A stretch of 64,000 nt of DNA from Flavobacteriales bacterium (GTDB lineage Bacteria; Bacteroidota; Bacteroidia; Flavobacteriales; Flavobacteriaceae). Below are positions 60,023-64,000 of this stretch, in pieces. The stretch is taken from positions 10,701 to 74,700 of the forward strand of contig JBBSRC010000005.1 in the NCBI GenBank assembly GCA_038243395.1, given 5' to 3'. Within the stretch, counting starts at the first letter, position 1. Every line of letters begins with the position of its first letter. The position numbers were made by a program, and so were the translations under genes. Under the pieces are notes generated by a model. It saw only the letters and a program-made list of their open reading frames with translations. It ran no database searches and had not been told where the DNA came from.

Positions 60023-62005
60023 ATGAAAATACTGGATAGGTACATACTTAAGACCTACTTAAAAACATTTTTGAGCGTGTTTGTTATACTCATGCTCATT
60101 TTTGTTTTACAGGCGGTTTGGTTATATATTTCTGAACTGGCCGGAAAGGATTTGGATATTGATACGATACTCAAGTTCTTACTTTATATTACCCCTACCC
60201 TTATCCCATTAATATTACCCCTTACCATTCTCCTCGTCTCGATTATGGTTTTTGGAACCTTTGCCGAAAACTATGAGTTTGCCGCTATGAAATCTACCGG
60301 TATCTCATTGCAACGCGCTATGAGAGGGTTGAGCGTTTTTATCATAGCACTTTCGGTAACGACATTTTTATTTGCCAATAACGTCATCCCCTGGGCAGAA
60401 TATAACGCGTACAATCTAAGAAAAAATATTGCTAAGCTGAAGCCACAAATGGCCATCGCTGCAGGACAGTTTAACGAAATCGGGGCATTTAATATTAAGG
60501 TCGATAAAAAAAGTGGCGATCGCGGTCAATTTCTGTCCAAGGTCATCATGCACCAACAGAAAGATAACCGGCCGGGAAATTATACCGTGATTGTTGCGAA
60601 TTCGGGAGAACTAAAAAGCAATCCAAACTCAAACATCTTACAGCTCGTTTTATTTGACGGGAACTATTACGAAGAAATCCACAGTAAAAATCCGAAAGAG
60701 ATTCAAAAAAAACCAGGAGTCAGGAGTTATTTTGACACCTACACCATGAATGTGGATTTGGAAGCTTTTAACGATGTAGATTTAGACGAAAAGAGCTATA
60801 CTAACCGCTATAATATGCTCGATGTTGGAGGCCTCAATTACACCATCGACAGTCTGCAAGATAAAAAAAAGGAAGAATATAAAGGCCTTGCCGAAACTTT
60901 ATATGGTCGGACTTCCATCAATACTATAAACTCCAATTTGACGGTGGAAACCGATAGTGTTTTCGATGGAAACATTCTCAATCTTTTTGAAAACAAAACC
61001 AAATTACAAATCGTCAATCTAGCGTTGAACACGGTTAATAGTACAACGCAAATTATTACCACGAAAGATCAGTTCATGAATGTATCAGACAAAGTGCTAA
61101 ACCAGCATTTAATAGCCCTTCATGAAAAGTATGTCTTGGGTTTCGCTTGTTTCATACTATTTTTTGTGGGTGCACCATTGGGTGCGCTTATTAGAAAAGG
61201 CGGCATTGGACTGCCATTGGTAGTGGCCATTCTGTTATTCCTTACATATCACTTTATAGGTATTTTTGCTAAAAATAGTTCAGAAAATGGTAGTCTCAAC
61301 CCTATTTTAGCAACTTGGCTATCTACCTTGATCATGCTTCCGCTGGGAGTATATCTCACAGGGCGGGCTACCAATGACAAAGGACTCTTTGATTTTGACA
61401 GTTACCTCAATCCGATAAAGAAATTCTTGAATCTCCGTCCTAAAAACTCGGTCGTGGTGGATGGCGAGTTGATTCAATACAGCTTCTTAAACGATTATAA
61501 TAATGAAAAACTCATCAATATCCTCAAAAATCATGAGGAGCTTAATTTTGATGAAAGTGTCAAACCCTTCGCTTTAAATCAATTAATGAAGCGCAATCAA
61601 AGTATAGAAGACCTTCAAAAGCAAGGCGTTCAAATTGATGAGGGTTATAGTGTTTCTAGGAAAAAAGCAAATGATACCGTCGACTATTCAAAATTTGCTT
61701 ATCTCTTTTATAACATTGGCATGATTCTGCTCATCTTCCATTTTATTCTCAAGAATAACAAACTTCCATTAGTAGCTTCGGCAGCAATCGATTTAAGCAT
61801 TATTAGCTTGTTAATTTATGCACTATATTATGTCGTCACTTGGATTACAGCAAATAAATTCTACAAAAATCTGAGTTTCAAAACCAAGCCCGTGAATCCG
61901 TATCTTATGCTTATTGGCCTGCCATTTTACGGTATTTCCCATTTTTTACTTAAGAACAAAATCAAGGAAGACTTGGACAAAAGTTGTATTCTAAATGTAA
62001 AATAA
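60023..62005 (+). CDS. LptF/LptG family LPS export permease with C-terminal extension
   Basis: MKILDRYI, ENYEFAAMKSTGIS, GAPLGALIRKGG. Confidence 0.9.
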   Translation: MKILDRYILKTYLKTFLSVFVILMLIFVLQAVWLYISELAGKDLDIDTILKFLLYITPTLIPLILPLTILLVSIMVFGTFAENYEFAAMKSTGISLQRAMRGLSVFIIALSVTTFLFANNVIPWAEYNAYNLRKNIAKLKPQMAIAAGQFNEIGAFNIKVDKKSGDRGQFLSKVIMHQQKDNRPGNYTVIVANSGELKSNPNSNILQLVLFDGNYYEEIHSKNPKEIQKKPGVRSYFDTYTMNVDLEAFNDVDLDEKSYTNRYNMLDVGGLNYTIDSLQDKKKEEYKGLAETLYGRTSINTINSNLTVETDSVFDGNILNLFENKTKLQIVNLALNTVNSTTQIITTKDQFMNVSDKVLNQHLIALHEKYVLGFACFILFFVGAPLGALIRKGGIGLPLVVAILLFLTYHFIGIFAKNSSENGSLNPILATWLSTLIMLPLGVYLTGRATNDKGLFDFDSYLNPIKKFLNLRPKNSVVVDGELIQYSFLNDYNNEKLINILKNHEELNFDESVKPFALNQLMKRNQSIEDLQKQGVQIDEGYSVSRKKANDTVDYSKFAYLFYNIGMILLIFHFILKNNKLPLVASAAIDLSIISLLIYALYYVVTWITANKFYKNLSFKTKPVNPYLMLIGLPFYGISHFLLKNKIKEDLDKSCILNVK

Positions 62006-62036
62006 GGCATATCTTTGCATAAAATTTCAACAGAAA

Positions 62037-63185
62037 ATGACAACAAGCACGATGACATCAACCATTACATTAAATACTATTGAAGACGCCATTGAAGATA
62101 TAAAAAATGGAAAAGTAATTATTGTTGTTGATGATGCTGATAGAGAAAATGAAGGCGATTTTTTAGCTGCTGCCGAAATGGTAACGCCAGAAATGATTAA
62201 TTTTATGGCTACCCATGGTCGTGGATTAATTTGCACCCCACTCACTGAAACACGTTGTAAGGAATTGGATCTACATCCGATGGTACATAATAATACCGAC
62301 CCGATGGAGACTGCATTTACAGTATCGGTAGATTTACGTGGCAACGGAGTAACGACAGGAATTTCAGCAGGTGACCGCGCAAAGACAGTACGAGCACTCA
62401 TCGATCCAAATACCAAATCTTTTGAATTAGGACGACCAGGACATATTTTCCCATTAGTTGCCAAGGAAGGTGGCGTATTAAGACGTACGGGACATACGGA
62501 AGCAGCCATAGATTTTGCACGTTTAGCAGGCTTACAACCAGCGGGTGTGATCGTGGAGATTATGAATGATGATGGCACCATGGCACGCTTACCGCAATTA
62601 ATGAAGGTAGCAGAGAAATTTGATGTAAAAATTGTTTCGATAGAAGATTTAGTCGCTTATAGAATGCAACACGACTCTTTGATTGAAAAGAAAGAAGATT
62701 TCGAAATTGTAACCCGTTTCGGTAAATTCAGATTAAGAGCCTACCAACAAACCACCAACGACCAAGTACATATTGCGTTAACGAAAGGCGCTTGGGAAAC
62801 CAATGAACCGGTTTTGACCAGAGTGAATTCTACCTTGGTCAACAATGATGTTTTAGGCACTTTGACCAATAATGCCGATAAGAAACTGGACGATATGTTT
62901 AAGTTGATCAATGATGATGGCAAGGGCGCGATTCTTTTTATCAATCAGCAAAATCAATCTACCGATTTGTTGAATAGACTAAAAACCTTAAAACAAGATC
63001 AGAATCATACCGATATTATAAAGGCGCCAAGTATCGCTATGGATAACAGAGATTTCGGAATTGGAGCGCAGATTCTGCACGACCTTAACATCCACAAATT
63101 ATTATTGATGTCCAATAGCGAACATACCAAACGTGTGGGTATTATTGGATACGGTTTGGAGATTGTGGATCATGTGAGTTATTAA
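62037..63185 (+). CDS. ribB: 3,4-dihydroxy-2-butanone 4-phosphate synthase fused to a degenerate GTP cyclohydrolase II-like domain
   Basis: DDADRENEGD, RPGHIFPL, RTGHTEA. The C-terminal domain lacks the RibA Cys triad. TATCTTTG at 62010-62017. Confidence 0.92.
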   Translation: MTTSTMTSTITLNTIEDAIEDIKNGKVIIVVDDADRENEGDFLAAAEMVTPEMINFMATHGRGLICTPLTETRCKELDLHPMVHNNTDPMETAFTVSVDLRGNGVTTGISAGDRAKTVRALIDPNTKSFELGRPGHIFPLVAKEGGVLRRTGHTEAAIDFARLAGLQPAGVIVEIMNDDGTMARLPQLMKVAEKFDVKIVSIEDLVAYRMQHDSLIEKKEDFEIVTRFGKFRLRAYQQTTNDQVHIALTKGAWETNEPVLTRVNSTLVNNDVLGTLTNNADKKLDDMFKLINDDGKGAILFINQQNQSTDLLNRLKTLKQDQNHTDIIKAPSIAMDNRDFGIGAQILHDLNIHKLLLMSNSEHTKRVGIIGYGLEIVDHVSY

Positions 63186-63404
63186 TATAGGAATTAAGAC
63201 CGCTTCGCTTTTAGAACCAAGAATCAAGACTAAAAACTTCATTCCGAAAGTCTTTATGTCCATTATTTTAAGAAATAAGAATCCGGACTAAAAAAAAATA
63301 TTATGACAGTCATTAAGGTCGTTGTTTTTTGAATCTAGCTGAGAACTAATATCCATCATATTTTTCAAAATAAAATTGAAACAGATATTTACTGTTTCAA
63401 ACAG

Positions 63405-63444
63405 AAAAAGGATTCAGAACTTAAATGGTGCTGAATCCTTTTTT
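63405..63444. terminator. Bidirectional Rho-independent terminator
   Basis: aaaaaggattcag...ctgaatccttttt between convergent genes. Confidence 0.82.
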
Positions 63445-63498
63445 ATTTTTAATAATTTGAGTGTACTATGAAATTGATTTTTCAACTAAGCTACTCGC

Positions 63499-64000
63499 CT
63501 ACAAACTTTGTTTAATAGCGTCAACCATCTTTAGAGCACGTTTCTTCACTTCTTCTTCGGTCCAAGATAATTTGATCAGGCATGAAATATTTCTACCAAT
63601 AAAGTGATCGGATTGTTCAAAGGTTTTGGTTTGAAGATATTTTAATCCTGCCTTTACTTCAGCAGAAACGGGAAATAAGCTCTTTACATTTTTTAGGTGA
63701 TCCCATTTGCGCACATAATGCCAGTTATTGTCAAAATAATGAAAACAGCCATCAACACCAGCGTCTTTCAAGTTTTTAGAAGCAATACGGGCAATTTCCA
63801 AATCGGGAAGAAAAAAGTTTAAAAATCCATAATTTTCTTCGCCGCCCTCAGGAACCGTTCTAAAGGTAACTTCTGGAATTACAGCAAGCGCTTCTCTTAA
63901 GACAGTATAATTTTTCTTTTGGATGGCCAAAAAGTCAGGTAAACGTCGTACCTGCGCTAAACCTACCGCCGCGTGAAGTTCTGAGATTCTAAAATTATAG
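63499..64000 (-). CDS. DegT/DnrJ/EryC1/StrS family aminotransferase, C-terminal part (5' end beyond the window)
   Basis: Frame is open to the window edge: YNFRISELHAAVGLAQVRRL...ISCLIKLSW. Confidence 0.85.
   Translation of the reverse strand, partial: YNFRISELHAAVGLAQVRRLPDFLAIQKKNYTVLREALAVIPEVTFRTVPEGGEENYGFLNFFLPDLEIARIASKNLKDAGVDGCFHYFDNNWHYVRKWDHLKNVKSLFPVSAEVKAGLKYLQTKTFEQSDHFIGRNISCLIKLSWTEEEVKKRALKMVDAIKQSL

Noticed and set aside
62006-62036. FMN riboswitch upstream of ribB
   Set aside because: The gap is only 31 bp and is occupied by a promoter motif.

Overview
AT-rich chromosomal segment of a Flavobacteriaceae (Bacteroidota) bacterium. Lineage is inferred from gene content, repeated TAnnTTTG -7 promoter motifs and the absence of obvious Shine-Dalgarno sites. 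It is mostly housekeeping: mnmE, glmM, acpH, uvrA, holA, a PcrA/UvrD helicase, recG, dus, miaE, pheT, tpx, the dgkA-ftsK-lolA-lptF/G-ribB run, plus many peptidases and redox lipoproteins. I found no rRNA, tRNA or CRISPR array, and no complete novel multi-gene system that I can support. The most notable points are: (1) a tyrosine integrase 23 bp past the mnmE stop, marking the edge of an element probably integrated at the mnmE 3' end, with a 1-nt insertion just after its likely true start; (2) a tricorn-type protease split by a 1-nt deletion; (3) a 948-aa M1-like protein lacking its zinc motif; (4) two unannotated eroded genes; (5) LptF/G with an extra C-terminal membrane region and a RibB fusion with a degenerate cyclohydrolase domain; (6) many small intergenic repeat families (a 9 x 24-bp array, nested palindromes, 6-7-bp periodic tracts, dispersed ~45-bp elements), often just downstream of stop codons, with no cognate transposase in the window.
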